Program-made: the position numbers and the translations under genes | Source: Patescibacteria group bacterium | Lineage (GTDB): Bacteria; Patescibacteriota; Patescibacteriia; JAXHNJ01 | Assembly (NCBI GenBank): GCA_041649715.1 | Contig: JBAZMP010000001.1 | Span: 146,741 to 210,740 of the forward strand | Length of the DNA: 64,000 bases | Direction: 5' to 3' | In this document: positions 48,101-58,057 of the stretch, piece after piece | How positions within the stretch are numbered: the stretch's first letter is position 1 | Layout of the letters: each line of letters begins with the position of its first letter | Notes under the pieces: generated by a model | What the model was told of the DNA's origin: nothing | Databases searched by the model: none | What the model saw: the letters and a program-made list of their open reading frames with translations, nothing else

Positions 48101-50747
48101 CCAAGGCCGCGGCGGTGAGGTGTTCAGATATCCCGTTAAAGATTTTAATCTTACGACTGAATGGCAGCGTTTTTCTTTCACCGAAATTTTCAATACGCTC
48201 TATCTCGAAGGTGGCGTCCCGAAATATCCGAATTTAGTCGTGGTCGCTTTCCGGCCGGTGGAAGGACGCGTCCTGTACTTTGACGGTATGCAGGTGGAGG
48301 AAGGTGGTTTATCCAATTATAAAGACTATGGCTCGGAGAATAAGATTTATCTGAATAAAAACCGTCTGGCTTGCGAAGCCAAAGACGTCGGCTGCGACAA
48401 ATACACGCCGGTAAAGGGAGGCCTATCCGTTCCCGGCGTGGTCTATGGTCAGAACATGTGTTCGGCGGACAAAGTCGGCTGCCAGTCTTTCAGGGAAACG
48501 GCCATTGATAATATTCCCAAGAGAAGTGGTCAGGATCCGGTTTACTTCATCTCCGGCACGGGCACGAGTTGTCCGAACACGGCGGTCGGCTGCGAAGAAT
48601 ATACCAATCTTGATGAAGTGGCAAGAGGCGGAGAAGGCAAGGAATATTTCCAGCAAATCAGGCAGTGCATCAAGCCGAATACGCCCAGTATTCCGATCGC
48701 AAATTATTATACTTGGGAAGGCAGCGATACGGCCGGCTATCAGCTAAGAGCTTTCCGTTATCTAGTCAGTAATTTAAACAATTATAACGGTGAAAGCGGT
48801 AACGCGCCCTGCACGAATTTAAGCATCGAGGCGGGCGGCACGACTCCCTCCTGTGTCGATGTTAATACCCTTGATGAAACGGAAAGCTTAAGACCGGCTT
48901 TCTGCACGGCGGACGATCTGGCGTCTAACCCCGACTGCACCGAGTTTTACGATACCGCCGGCCATATTTTTTACCGGCTGAGATCGCGCATTATCGTGGA
49001 GACGGACAAATGTTATTCTTACCGCAATACCACGGACGCCCAGGAAGATCCGGCCTCGAATAAAATATACTTTATCAATGCCGATACCAGCGTTAGGTGC
49101 GCGGCCAGCCAGGCGGGTTGCCGCGAATACAAAGGCAACACCGGGGAGGTGACCCGCGACATCTTTAAGGATGATTTTGAAAAAGTGGAAACTGGCGCGG
49201 TTAACTGGGTGACCGGCAATGTCAGCAATGAATCTTTGCGGGCCAATGAGCATTCTCTCCACGTCACGGGCAATACCACGGCGACCAGCACGAACGTTCC
49301 CAATGTTTTGAAAGAGGGCAAGATGGCCAACGGCCAATACTATAAGATTTCTTTTTGGTTGAAGCCGGATACAGCGACGACCATTAATAGTGTCTTTATC
49401 CAAGATAATTTGCCGTCCGGGCCGGCTGGCCGACTGGATTTCCCGGGTTTGGCCGTTCCCTTGGCTGTTACTTCTGACTGGAATAAATACACATTTGGCC
49501 CCTTATTGTTCGACCGCAGCCCGGCAAGCCCCGGTGATTACGAACAACTGGTGATCAGCCTTAACGGCGCCTATTATCTGGACAATGTGTCGCTGGAAGA
49601 GGTGAATGATACTGTTTATCTGATCAAGAATACTTATCTAAGTTGCCAGGCGGCCGACCTGGGCTGTCAGGAATATAAGAATAGCAGGGGAATAAGCAAA
49701 TTTATCAAATCCTTTGACCATTTATGTGCCGAGAAGTTTATCGGCTGCCAGGCGATGATCAATACCCGAAATTCCACTAATCCGTATCAGACGACGGTCA
49801 AGGGCATTGTTACGCCGGCGGACACATTTGAGACATACGTGAACAACAGCGCTAATTATTGCTCGGCTTCGGCCAAAGGCTGCCAGCGTTTTGGCTTGCC
49901 GGCCTTAGACTCGACTAATCAGCCGACGGCCTGGCAGACGAAATACTTGATTAATGATCCGGATAAGTATCAATACATAGACAGCGAAGGCAATGACAAG
50001 TCTATTGCTTGTGTGGCGTCTGAGGAGGGCTGCGACGAATTTAATTACAGCAATGGAACGGGGGTCAGCTGGTTTAAGGATCCCCAGGGCAAGACCTGCG
50101 AGTATAAACAAACGCCGGATTCAACCGAATACCGCTGGTATAAGAAAAACACGAATCTTCTCTGCCCGTACGTGACGCCGCCGCTGGAAACTCAGCCTTC
50201 AGGTAAGGCTTGTGTTATGACTTGTGCCGCCGGGATATACGCCGGTCAGGCTTGCGTTTTGAATAGCGATTGCCCGAACAGCTATTGTAATGGTGACGCC
50301 ACCGATGTCGGCAAGGCCTGCACGTCAGACGCTAACTGCAAACCGGGCAACAGGTGCGATTACTGGGCGGGTTTATGTCCCGAGGCCCAGAGCGGCTGCA
50401 ATGAATATCGCGATCCTTCTGATCCGGAAAATTGCCGGTCGCAGTGCCCCTTAGAGGAGATTGGGGGAGAGCCGGTGCCGATGGATGAAAATTGTAAATA
50501 TACGGTTTGTGTAGGAGGCACCAAAAACGGAGAGAGTTGCTATTCCAGCGGAGATTGTCTGGGCGGCGGCACCTGTGTGGCCTCCGGCGTGTCGGCCATC
50601 GGTCTGCCCGGCTGCCATTCTTATTACTACATTAAAGACAGCGTGGAGGCCAACCAGGAAGAGTGCGGCAATACCGTCAATGTGGAAGAAGGTTGCCTGC
50701 CCTTTAACGATACCTCTAATCCGGTCTTAAACATGAGAGGTCAGTAA
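45138..50747 (+). CDS. Giant (1869 aa) Cys-rich secreted/membrane-anchored protein
   Basis: N-terminal TM/signal segment (ISSYFMLLFFVSVIVIPFLL), then hundreds of Cys in CxxxC/GC-containing modules. It is the first of five tightly packed co-directional genes. Confidence 0.8.
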   Translation: MPRSPVGKNKKKQTISSYFMLLFFVSVIVIPFLLKPERADAQMVDPTGWPRTIFTEIKQAYRWVKDNIYNKLQGTLKEAAAVAFKNSMKVFFGRLAEDTAVWLASAGTGQKPLFLSDPGQYFKDVGDAALGDALYTLGANTFGVNVCEPDLSAKISITFALGKTFNPSTWCQDSCRSTNSTQSKAVSAKYIMTSDMTEEQKERTIDYFKAFDSEAGIENFKDLKPGSFICPVTCPTGIGRMGFIPNCSNPAYADEGGTPLNTERVNLQACITTMQFLYDSELQKSQTDLNLCLRNCTKGARKAQCTASTVLKNVKNLKDQKIIGTQVGLYFQPEQNDLGQLLTLYGVLQEKKQSEIDAERLLYQNQIGPVTSKVTREVLTPSELVQARGTVSLQQATATEEVYTGSIKADVVTIFTNTLINKLIQRFYGGKCALNPSAEACKGPSGGSKLSQLIFGGGGPSGIAAAKLQFASIAKLNFTRGSPGQDPIAINDLVAKGIVDSGFQTAIDQMLTVKEAIDKGLVGGTFGFDVEGREPNLDSGVPYQTIVYLRKYRVVPVGWELAAEWIRDHPQNITLEKLVSEEFSRCDSDKHFCSNNNTRSCQADSDCYDENIYPACTGNSQCPGQICLSATEGAKSVCYDSCDPDVPPEDLPCGDGRECRTTATGTGYCVRTDEPFCQPESGVSPFCGLVDPNWVLKMPETYCEKRGASDTILAKDFICDEDTNGDEKVDCNNGDIGHWQISRDSETCVDEVACLKEDSQGKCQAYGYCFEEKPIWRFNGDECSRVYASCQSYTAADGSTVSYLKNTLDTNGCDATNAGCRWYCAEPAYDTATGQWSCTRDNASNKIRFDRDVAECDETEVGCQEYITTGESSGANIFANSSFEYYTVQIDDGVPDLYSDYTPGYPSVWVGNQNILSPCGAAAEAVSDAYTGGAALKLTWRDTCSATDSGHYMVLNDINTGHSVLNRTFTFSFYAKADAATVLTVNASQGRGGEVFRYPVKDFNLTTEWQRFSFTEIFNTLYLEGGVPKYPNLVVVAFRPVEGRVLYFDGMQVEEGGLSNYKDYGSENKIYLNKNRLACEAKDVGCDKYTPVKGGLSVPGVVYGQNMCSADKVGCQSFRETAIDNIPKRSGQDPVYFISGTGTSCPNTAVGCEEYTNLDEVARGGEGKEYFQQIRQCIKPNTPSIPIANYYTWEGSDTAGYQLRAFRYLVSNLNNYNGESGNAPCTNLSIEAGGTTPSCVDVNTLDETESLRPAFCTADDLASNPDCTEFYDTAGHIFYRLRSRIIVETDKCYSYRNTTDAQEDPASNKIYFINADTSVRCAASQAGCREYKGNTGEVTRDIFKDDFEKVETGAVNWVTGNVSNESLRANEHSLHVTGNTTATSTNVPNVLKEGKMANGQYYKISFWLKPDTATTINSVFIQDNLPSGPAGRLDFPGLAVPLAVTSDWNKYTFGPLLFDRSPASPGDYEQLVISLNGAYYLDNVSLEEVNDTVYLIKNTYLSCQAADLGCQEYKNSRGISKFIKSFDHLCAEKFIGCQAMINTRNSTNPYQTTVKGIVTPADTFETYVNNSANYCSASAKGCQRFGLPALDSTNQPTAWQTKYLINDPDKYQYIDSEGNDKSIACVASEEGCDEFNYSNGTGVSWFKDPQGKTCEYKQTPDSTEYRWYKKNTNLLCPYVTPPLETQPSGKACVMTCAAGIYAGQACVLNSDCPNSYCNGDATDVGKACTSDANCKPGNRCDYWAGLCPEAQSGCNEYRDPSDPENCRSQCPLEEIGGEPVPMDENCKYTVCVGGTKNGESCYSSGDCLGGGTCVASGVSAIGLPGCHSYYYIKDSVEANQEECGNTVNVEEGCLPFNDTSNPVLNMRGQ

Positions 50748-50753
50748 AGACCT

Positions 50754-53700
50754 ATGTTTACTGCCAAAAAATTTCTTTCCATAAAAATAGTTTCTTTGAT
50801 AATTTCATCAGCCGTTTTTCTGATTTTTACCGCGTTGGCGGGGGAGGTAAAAGCGATCAGCATTTCTTCCGGTCCAACCGCATCTAGTCTGACAACGACC
50901 ACGGCCAATATTTCCTGGCAGACGAACGAAATCGGCAATTCCCAGGTGTATTACACGGATAACGGCAATCCCGGCTGGATCACGAGCAAGGTGGAATCAT
51001 CCACTTTTTCCTTTTTATCTGTTGACGGCTTGAGTAGAAAAAATTTGTGGGCTTTGGGTATCGGTGACGGGGTCAGTAAAATATATCATTATGATGGCGC
51101 TTCTTGGGTTCTTCAGTATTCAACCGCCGCCATCACTCTGCATTCAATTGCGGTCATCGATTCCACTCACGCTTGGGCCGTGGGCAGCGGAGGCAACATT
51201 CTTTTTTATAACGGTTCAAGTTGGTCCCTTCAGGCGACCCTGGGCGGGTATCTGAACAAGGTTTACGCTCTTGACTCTTCGCACGTGTGGGCGGTCGGTG
51301 ACAATGCCGCCGACCAGGGCGCTTTATTCTTTTTTGACGGGTCCGCCTGGAGTGTCAAAGCCACGTATTCCGAAACCCTAAAAAGTCTCTGGGTCAGCGA
51401 TGCGACTCATATTTGGGCGATTACGCAATTAGGCGAAATTCTGTTCTATAACGGCAGTTCAATGGTTAGCCAGGCGAGCTACTCTTATGCTCTGTATGAT
51501 ATTGACGGCTATGACTCAAGTCATGTCTGGGTGGTGGGACAGGGAGGATATATTGTTTTTTTCAACGGTACTAGTTGGCAACTTCAATCTACGGCTTCAG
51601 GTGTTTTATTTGCGGTGCACGTGGTCGGTCCCGGCAGTGTCTGGGCGGTAGGCGGTACCCAGGCTTACCATACCGAAAACGGCGGGGCAAACTGGAGTGC
51701 GGTTAGCCCGCCGGTAGGCAGCATGTATGCCGTATTTCATTTCTCGGCAAATCAAGTATGGGTCGGCAGTTATTTAGGCAACATTCATTATTACGGGTTA
51801 AATTATAATTATTCATATTATACCGCGCCCGAAGTCACTAATCATCAAATGACCCTTTCCAGTCTGGCTCCTTCGACAACCTATTATTATTACGTCTGCT
51901 CGGCAAGCTCTGGTCAAGAAGTGTGCAGCAATGATTATAGCTTTACTACCCTGGGAGTTTGTCCGGACGGCACGTATGCCGGTCTGTGCAGCGGTACCCG
52001 ATATTGCGATCCGGTCCTTCTGACACTTGTTGATAATTGCATCCAGTGCAGCTACGTCTGTCCTTCGGCCACGCCTTACTGCAATACTGCCAATGGCCAA
52101 TGTCTGGCTGGCTGTAACCTGACAACTCCGGTCGGCAGCTGTTACAACACGCAATACTGCGCCAGCGCCAATACCTTTGTCAATGATTGCCGGCAGTGCG
52201 GTTATACTTGCCCTTCCGGCACGCCTTACTGCAATACGGCCAATGGCCAATGTCTGGCTGGCTGTAACCTGACAACTCCGGTCGGCAGCTGTTACAACAC
52301 GCAATACTGCGCCAGCGCCAATACCTTTGTCAATGATTGCCGGCAGTGCGGTTATACTTGCCCTTCCGGCACGCCTTACTGCAATACGGCCAATGGCCAA
52401 TGTCTGGCTGGCTGTAATCTAACAACTCCGGTCGGCGGCTGCTCCGGCACCCAGTATTGTCAAAGTGCGAATAATCTCGTGAATAATTGTTTACAGTGCG
52501 GATATACCTGCCCCAGCGGAACAAATTTCTGCAATAACGGCACTTGCGAAGCCTGGTGCGCGACGGATATCAGTGTAGGTGAGTGCCGCGGCGATCAGAT
52601 GTGCACTTCCAGTTTGGCCTTTGAAAATTGGTGCAATTACTGCGGCTATTATTGCCCCGCCACCGAATATTGTGATGGAACGACGCATCAATGCGATAAT
52701 ACCAAATGTTCCGACGGCACGGCCCGCGGCACCTGCAATACCAACCAGCAATATTGCTGCGGCGATACCGATACATTTTGCACGCCGGGCACCCTGACTA
52801 ATAAATGCACCAAATGCGGCTATACTTGTTCTTCCAGCGAACCTTATTGCAATGCCAATTTTGATTGCGAACCAAGCTGTCCCGACGGCACCCCTTTTGG
52901 CCAGTGCAATACTGCTACCAAGTGGTATTGCGCAGATGGCGCATATTACCCGGCCGACGGCCCGAATTGCTACGTTTGCGATTTTGACTGCTCTTTAACA
53001 CCCGGTACTCCTTATTGCGACGAGGATGAAACTCAAGCCTGTATCAATCGCTGTTCCGACGGCACGGAAGCAAGTCAGTGTTCCAATACCAGTACCAAAT
53101 ACTGCAATGATTCTTACCAGCTGGTCGATGATTGCCGGCAGTCCTGCGGTTATACTTGTTCTGGCGCCACGCCGCAATGCAACGACTTGACGGGCGTTTG
53201 CGAGGCGGACACCACGCCGCCGGTCATTAATAATATCAATGTGGTGCCGGATATTAATAGCGCCGTTCTGACCTTTGACACTTCCGAGCCGACGCAGGCT
53301 TTCATCCTTTTGAACTCGACGCCGTCCTGCGACGGAGACGTGACCGCGATCGGGCTTTTGGGCTTTGCTTCCAGCCGGACTATCGAATTTTCCGATTATG
53401 CCGGTCAGCTTGCTCCCTTAACGACTTATTATTTCTGCATAACGGTTTATGATGCCGCCTTTAATTACGCCGCGACAACCGAGCCTTCTCCTTGGTTTTT
53501 TACCACTCTGGCCGCTCCTGATACGACGCCCCCAACCGTTGATATTATCGCCCCGCAGGAAGGGGAAAATATTTCCACCCCGACCTATACGATTACGGTA
53601 CAAGCCAGTGATGATAACAGTGTTAGTTACCTTGATCTTGGTTTTGACGGCGCTGTCGATGATTTTTCTTTCGCCCATTTGACCACGGCCCCTTATGAAT

Positions 53701-54125
53701 ATGATTTTGACGTCAGCCTCTATAGTACCGGCGAACATACTTTACGGGCGAGGGCGACTGACGGGGCGGGTAATTCCGCCCTTGCCGAACGCCATTTTAC
53801 CATCAGTTTTGACGCCAAACCGCCGGTCATTGACAATATCTCCGACCAAGTGCAGATCGGCGCCAACGATATTCCCTATGCGGTCATCACCTGGCGGACG
53901 AACGAGCCGGCCACTTCACGAGTGGATTTCACCCTGGAAAATTTGGACGGCACTTATGACGGAACTTACGGCGGCGACACAAATTGCGCCAGCCTAACTG
54001 ATTGCGTCAAAGACGACACTTTGGTCACTGACGGGCACAGCATAACGTTGCCCAATTTGGAAAAAAACCGGCGCTATCATTATCAGATTACTTCCTGCGA
54101 CAGTAATAATTATTGCAGCCACTAA
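50754..54125 (+). CDS. Giant (1123 aa) secreted protein: FN3-like domain, Ycf48/BNR-like beta-propeller repeats, tandem Cys-rich modules
   Basis: Signal peptide, then SISSGPTASSLTTTTANISWQT (FN3-like). About 6 repeats follow of the form HxWAVGxxGxILFYNGSSWSLQ. Then come tandem ~50-aa Cys modules of the form CPSGTPYCNTANGQCLAGCNLTTPVGSCYNTQYCASANTFVNDCRQCGYT. Confidence 0.8.
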   Translation: MFTAKKFLSIKIVSLIISSAVFLIFTALAGEVKAISISSGPTASSLTTTTANISWQTNEIGNSQVYYTDNGNPGWITSKVESSTFSFLSVDGLSRKNLWALGIGDGVSKIYHYDGASWVLQYSTAAITLHSIAVIDSTHAWAVGSGGNILFYNGSSWSLQATLGGYLNKVYALDSSHVWAVGDNAADQGALFFFDGSAWSVKATYSETLKSLWVSDATHIWAITQLGEILFYNGSSMVSQASYSYALYDIDGYDSSHVWVVGQGGYIVFFNGTSWQLQSTASGVLFAVHVVGPGSVWAVGGTQAYHTENGGANWSAVSPPVGSMYAVFHFSANQVWVGSYLGNIHYYGLNYNYSYYTAPEVTNHQMTLSSLAPSTTYYYYVCSASSGQEVCSNDYSFTTLGVCPDGTYAGLCSGTRYCDPVLLTLVDNCIQCSYVCPSATPYCNTANGQCLAGCNLTTPVGSCYNTQYCASANTFVNDCRQCGYTCPSGTPYCNTANGQCLAGCNLTTPVGSCYNTQYCASANTFVNDCRQCGYTCPSGTPYCNTANGQCLAGCNLTTPVGGCSGTQYCQSANNLVNNCLQCGYTCPSGTNFCNNGTCEAWCATDISVGECRGDQMCTSSLAFENWCNYCGYYCPATEYCDGTTHQCDNTKCSDGTARGTCNTNQQYCCGDTDTFCTPGTLTNKCTKCGYTCSSSEPYCNANFDCEPSCPDGTPFGQCNTATKWYCADGAYYPADGPNCYVCDFDCSLTPGTPYCDEDETQACINRCSDGTEASQCSNTSTKYCNDSYQLVDDCRQSCGYTCSGATPQCNDLTGVCEADTTPPVINNINVVPDINSAVLTFDTSEPTQAFILLNSTPSCDGDVTAIGLLGFASSRTIEFSDYAGQLAPLTTYYFCITVYDAAFNYAATTEPSPWFFTTLAAPDTTPPTVDIIAPQEGENISTPTYTITVQASDDNSVSYLDLGFDGAVDDFSFAHLTTAPYEYDFDVSLYSTGEHTLRARATDGAGNSALAERHFTISFDAKPPVIDNISDQVQIGANDIPYAVITWRTNEPATSRVDFTLENLDGTYDGTYGGDTNCASLTDCVKDDTLVTDGHSITLPNLEKNRRYHYQITSCDSNNYCSH
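52035..52485 (+). repeat. Tandem 150-bp direct repeats inside gene 50754..54125 (about 3 copies; copies 2 and 3 nearly identical)
   Basis: gattgccggcagtgcggttatacttgcccttccggcacgccttactgcaatacggccaatggccaatgtctggctggctgtaa... recurs at 52185 and 52335. A reverse-strand ORF repeating RIAVRRAGRASITALPAIIDKGIGAGAVLRVVTAADRSCQVTASQTLAIG is a by-product. Confidence 0.8.
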
Positions 54126-54139
54126 CGATAAATTTTCTT

Positions 54140-57100
54140 ATGAATAAGCTAAGAGAAAAAATTAAAGAGAGAAAAATTTTAAGCTTTAAGCGAGCCCTTG
54201 TTTTAGGTTTTTGTCTCGTTATTCTTTTTGCGGCCGCAAATCTTTGGGCTTCATCTTTTATTAATGCTTTGCCAAAAATAATTTCGCCGGCCAAAGCCCA
54301 GACGACTTCTCTTTATTTGGTCAATATCAATGTTACCGCCATCACTTCCACGACGGCGACCATCACCTGGGAGACGAATTTACCGGCTAATTCAAGCCTT
54401 AAATACGGGCTGACCGATGCCTATGAATTGACCAGTACTTGTGGCTCCTGCCAGGCCACCGATCTGGTCACCACCCACCGCCTGACCGTCGGCAATTTGA
54501 ACGCGGCCACCACTTATCATTTTCAGGTGATCTCCGCCACCGCCTCCGAGACAAAAACGAGCCAGGACCGCAATTTCGCCACCGCCAGTCCTTCCGGCGG
54601 GTCTGACACGACCGCTCCTTTTGTCACTTATATCAAGGTGGATTCCACCAATACGCAGGCCATCGTGAATATTAATACCAACGAAGAGACGCACGTGACG
54701 GTTTACTATAGCCTGACTCCCGGCGTTACCCAGGCCACGCCGACTTATGTCGCCGAAGATCCAGACCAGCCCTACCGGATAAGTCATGCCCCGGCTTTTA
54801 CGGTTACCGGCGGCACGCGCTATTATTACCGGATCTACTCGGTTGACCGGAACGGCAACAGTTCCCTTACCGCCGAGTTTGATTTTACTTCCTCCACTTC
54901 CACCGATCACGTTTTTTCCACCGGCCTGTGTCCGGGCAATGTGCCCCTGGGCGCCTGCACGGCTGACGGCAATTACTGTGATGTCGGTACCGGCACTTTG
55001 GTAAAGAACTGCGAACAGTGCGGCGCCAGCTGTGCGGCCGGTCAGACCTGCCGGCCGGGCGGCGAATGCACTAATGATCCTTCTTTGTCCGGCGATCCCT
55101 ACCAGTGCAATTCTTCCGCTTGTTACGATGCCGCCAATCAATTTACGCCGTCGGCGACGGTAAATTGCTACGCCAGCTATCCGAGATGCGACGCTAACAC
55201 CATCCTGAAAGTGAAAAGGGATCGCGAATGCGCCAAGTGGTTCACCTGCGGGACGGCGATCGATCAGAACAATCCGACGACCGGCCAAAGCGAAGAACTC
55301 TGTCTTAATTCCGCCGTCTGTACTTCCTTGGGCGAGAACGGGCAATGCAACAGTTATGTGGAACTGCCGAAAGCGGAAATGACCTACCGGACCCCGGCCG
55401 AAATAAGCAAAATAAAATATCTGACCGGCTCGCTAAACGCCGGCCTGGACTGGCAATACCAGTCAGGCGCCCCGGTCATCAGGGGCTATTACCCCTGGTC
55501 AGCCATGGAAGAAGTGGGCGGCAAGATCAGTATTGAAAATTATAATTTTGAAAATACGACCAGCCCGCGGGCCGTGGATAATGATCCGGCTTCATCAAGT
55601 GTTTTGACCTACGATATCCGGCTTTGGCCGGCCTGGCAGACTTACGCTGATCCCGTCTCGGAAACAAATCCGGCGATCTCCAGTGAATGGGATCCGGAGA
55701 CGGCCAATAAAAAAGATAACCATGTGCTGGCGGTCCAGCAAATTTCCGCCCTTAATCAAGGGGCGGTGGTTAAGCTGGGGGCCGCCACTTCCACGGGCTT
55801 CCAATACGTCTTAAGCCTGAAAATAAAGTCATCCGCCCCCCAGGAGCAGAAAGTCACTTTCGCGCTGGCCAACAACACCAACCCCGGCGGCAGCTCACCG
55901 GACGTGAGCTCTTTCGGCGAATACGCGCTTACTACCGGCTGGCAGACTATTTTGACCCGGGCGACGGCGGGCGTCGGCGGCAGCGTCAATTATCTGCGGA
56001 TCTATGTTTCTGGCGGCAGCCTCCAAACTTTTTATATTGATGAGGTAAAAATTCAGCCAGTCTTAGAGGCGGGTTCGGGGGTTTATCTTTCCCGTTCCTG
56101 CCGGCTTTATCCCAAGGAAGATTCGCCGGCCTGCGAATACACCGACGATAACGGCATCACTAATAAGGGCTGGTACGGCTATTGCCTGGAGCGCGACCCG
56201 AAGAACGAAAGCCTTTGCCTTTCCTGGTGGCCGGTGGATATTCTTTTCGGCGAATCCAATCTTTTCGGTTCGGAACAAACCGCCGGCTACACCGGCCGGA
56301 AGCCCCTGTATTATTGCTTGGAAAGCCGGGGCAGAGGCAATTATCAACCCTGGGGATTTCAGCCAGACTTTAATGAAGCTGTTTCCAATTGGAATATCTT
56401 TAATTCAAGGGGTTGGGTAAGAACCGCAACGTGGGATAAGATACCGTCAGACCTATTGGATGTTTATCTTTATGATATTGCGAGTATAAGATTACAGACT
56501 GATCCTGACAATGATCACTATCATCCGAGAGGATCTAACGGTAACCCCCCTTATTTGGGGTGGACGAATAATAATCAAGTGGATGGTTGGCAGGCAGATG
56601 ATCTGCAATTTTCCAATAATTATTTTTGGACAATGAGCAATACAACAGTTTCGGAGGATGGGCATCACGGTGACTGGATCCGTTTGCAGGTAGATAATAA
56701 AAATATGGGAGATTTTGACGCGGCACTAAGAATAGCCTTTTATTTTAATCGCACCACATTAAAGTTAGAGCTTTTCGGCTATGTTTGGGCGTATAATAAA
56801 AATAATGTAACTCATTATTCGCCGCCTTACCTGCGTATATACATGTATTTTAAAGATAGATGCGATAAAATCGTGCAGGTGGTGGATGAGTTCGGAAATA
56901 ATGCCGCTTGGGCGGAAACCATAAATTCTTCCGTTACTCCGGTTCTGAATCTTAATTACGGAAAAACCAGCGATTTGGATCCTTATGGCGGCGCCGTGAC
57001 CTCTTCCAGCGATCCGACCAGCTGGTCATTGCCTCTCTTTGCCCAGGACGCCAATGATTATACGATTGGTCTCGGGACGCCTTTTCAACTGCGTTCAGGG

Positions 57101-58054
57101 CGGCCTTACGCTTGTTTTGGCCCTTGTTCGCAGAAGGTATGTTCAGGCGGAGGAAAAGATGGCCAGTCTTGCCATAACAATACTGATTGCTTGGGCGCCA
57201 ATAATACCGGACAGGGTCTTTGCGTGGGCGTTGGCTCTTGCTTTTCAACCGCTCAAGCCTGCACGAATGATTCCCAGTGTCCTGGCGATATCTGTATCGG
57301 CGGCGCGGCCAGCAGCCGAGGCGCCCAATTGGTCAATGACGCGCCAGCAGTCGCGGATTCATATTTTGCCATGCTTAGATTGCGCGGTCTTTTTGCCAAG
57401 ACTTACGGCTTTTGGCGGTGGGATACCGCCACCGGGCATTATGCCGGAGTATATAGTACTCCTCCGGCGGAAATAGAGAATCCAATATTTTATTCCTGGA
57501 ATCCGCCGACGGATAAATGTTCAGGCACAACGCGCCAATACAGCCCGACCGATCTCAACAGTTACTGCGGTTACGCCCCGCAGATCAGAAATATCAAGTT
57601 AGGTGACGGAAGCTCCAATACGGTTAAGCTTGGTTTGGACGGCGGCAAGATAAAATTATCCTTTAACACCGTGGTGGACAGCCAGCAGCAGCCGCTGAAG
57701 ACTTTTTACATTGACTGGGGCGACGGTAATGTGGACGCGATACCATTTGGCTACAAATCAAAAGACAGTCCCGATAGTCCCCATGTTTATAATCATGCTT
57801 ACGGCAGTTGCAGGAGCGCTAGTTGCACATATGTCATTAAGATATTGGCCGAAGACAGCTGGGGCTGGTGTTCTGCTCGACCGGAAGGCCGGACTGGCTC
57901 TTGCGAAGATATTTCTCTTGAAGGAAACAAGGCTCGCTGGGATCCGGTGGACAGCAATGCCTGTTCTGGCGGGACCTGTATCGACGGTATCTGCACCGAC
58001 GGGGTGGACGGCGGCCGGTCCTGCGGCGCTTTAACCGTGGAATTAAAAGATTAA
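54140..58054 (+). CDS. Giant (~1300 aa) secreted Cys-rich protein with an N-terminal FN3-like domain
   Basis: TM/signal (ILSFKRALVLGFCLVILFAAANLWA), then ITSTTATITWETNLPANSSLKYGLTD (FN3-like), then a Cys-rich body. The ATG at 54140 is preferred over the TTG at 54113. Confidence 0.8.
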   Translation: MNKLREKIKERKILSFKRALVLGFCLVILFAAANLWASSFINALPKIISPAKAQTTSLYLVNINVTAITSTTATITWETNLPANSSLKYGLTDAYELTSTCGSCQATDLVTTHRLTVGNLNAATTYHFQVISATASETKTSQDRNFATASPSGGSDTTAPFVTYIKVDSTNTQAIVNINTNEETHVTVYYSLTPGVTQATPTYVAEDPDQPYRISHAPAFTVTGGTRYYYRIYSVDRNGNSSLTAEFDFTSSTSTDHVFSTGLCPGNVPLGACTADGNYCDVGTGTLVKNCEQCGASCAAGQTCRPGGECTNDPSLSGDPYQCNSSACYDAANQFTPSATVNCYASYPRCDANTILKVKRDRECAKWFTCGTAIDQNNPTTGQSEELCLNSAVCTSLGENGQCNSYVELPKAEMTYRTPAEISKIKYLTGSLNAGLDWQYQSGAPVIRGYYPWSAMEEVGGKISIENYNFENTTSPRAVDNDPASSSVLTYDIRLWPAWQTYADPVSETNPAISSEWDPETANKKDNHVLAVQQISALNQGAVVKLGAATSTGFQYVLSLKIKSSAPQEQKVTFALANNTNPGGSSPDVSSFGEYALTTGWQTILTRATAGVGGSVNYLRIYVSGGSLQTFYIDEVKIQPVLEAGSGVYLSRSCRLYPKEDSPACEYTDDNGITNKGWYGYCLERDPKNESLCLSWWPVDILFGESNLFGSEQTAGYTGRKPLYYCLESRGRGNYQPWGFQPDFNEAVSNWNIFNSRGWVRTATWDKIPSDLLDVYLYDIASIRLQTDPDNDHYHPRGSNGNPPYLGWTNNNQVDGWQADDLQFSNNYFWTMSNTTVSEDGHHGDWIRLQVDNKNMGDFDAALRIAFYFNRTTLKLELFGYVWAYNKNNVTHYSPPYLRIYMYFKDRCDKIVQVVDEFGNNAAWAETINSSVTPVLNLNYGKTSDLDPYGGAVTSSSDPTSWSLPLFAQDANDYTIGLGTPFQLRSGRPYACFGPCSQKVCSGGGKDGQSCHNNTDCLGANNTGQGLCVGVGSCFSTAQACTNDSQCPGDICIGGAASSRGAQLVNDAPAVADSYFAMLRLRGLFAKTYGFWRWDTATGHYAGVYSTPPAEIENPIFYSWNPPTDKCSGTTRQYSPTDLNSYCGYAPQIRNIKLGDGSSNTVKLGLDGGKIKLSFNTVVDSQQQPLKTFYIDWGDGNVDAIPFGYKSKDSPDSPHVYNHAYGSCRSASCTYVIKILAEDSWGWCSARPEGRTGSCEDISLEGNKARWDPVDSNACSGGTCIDGICTDGVDGGRSCGALTVELKD

Positions 58055-58057
58055 TCA

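Noticed and set aside
51813-52400. 195-aa minus ORF with an internally repeated peptide
   Set aside because: Reverse-strand by-product of the 150-bp tandem repeats within the giant gene 50754..54125.
52035-52485. Possible CRISPR array (regular direct repeats)
   Set aside because: The repeats are 150 bp, contiguous with no spacers, in frame and coding for Cys modules. This is not a CRISPR architecture.
54392-55345. 317-aa minus ORF
   Set aside because: Antisense shadow frame inside the giant + strand gene 54140..58054.
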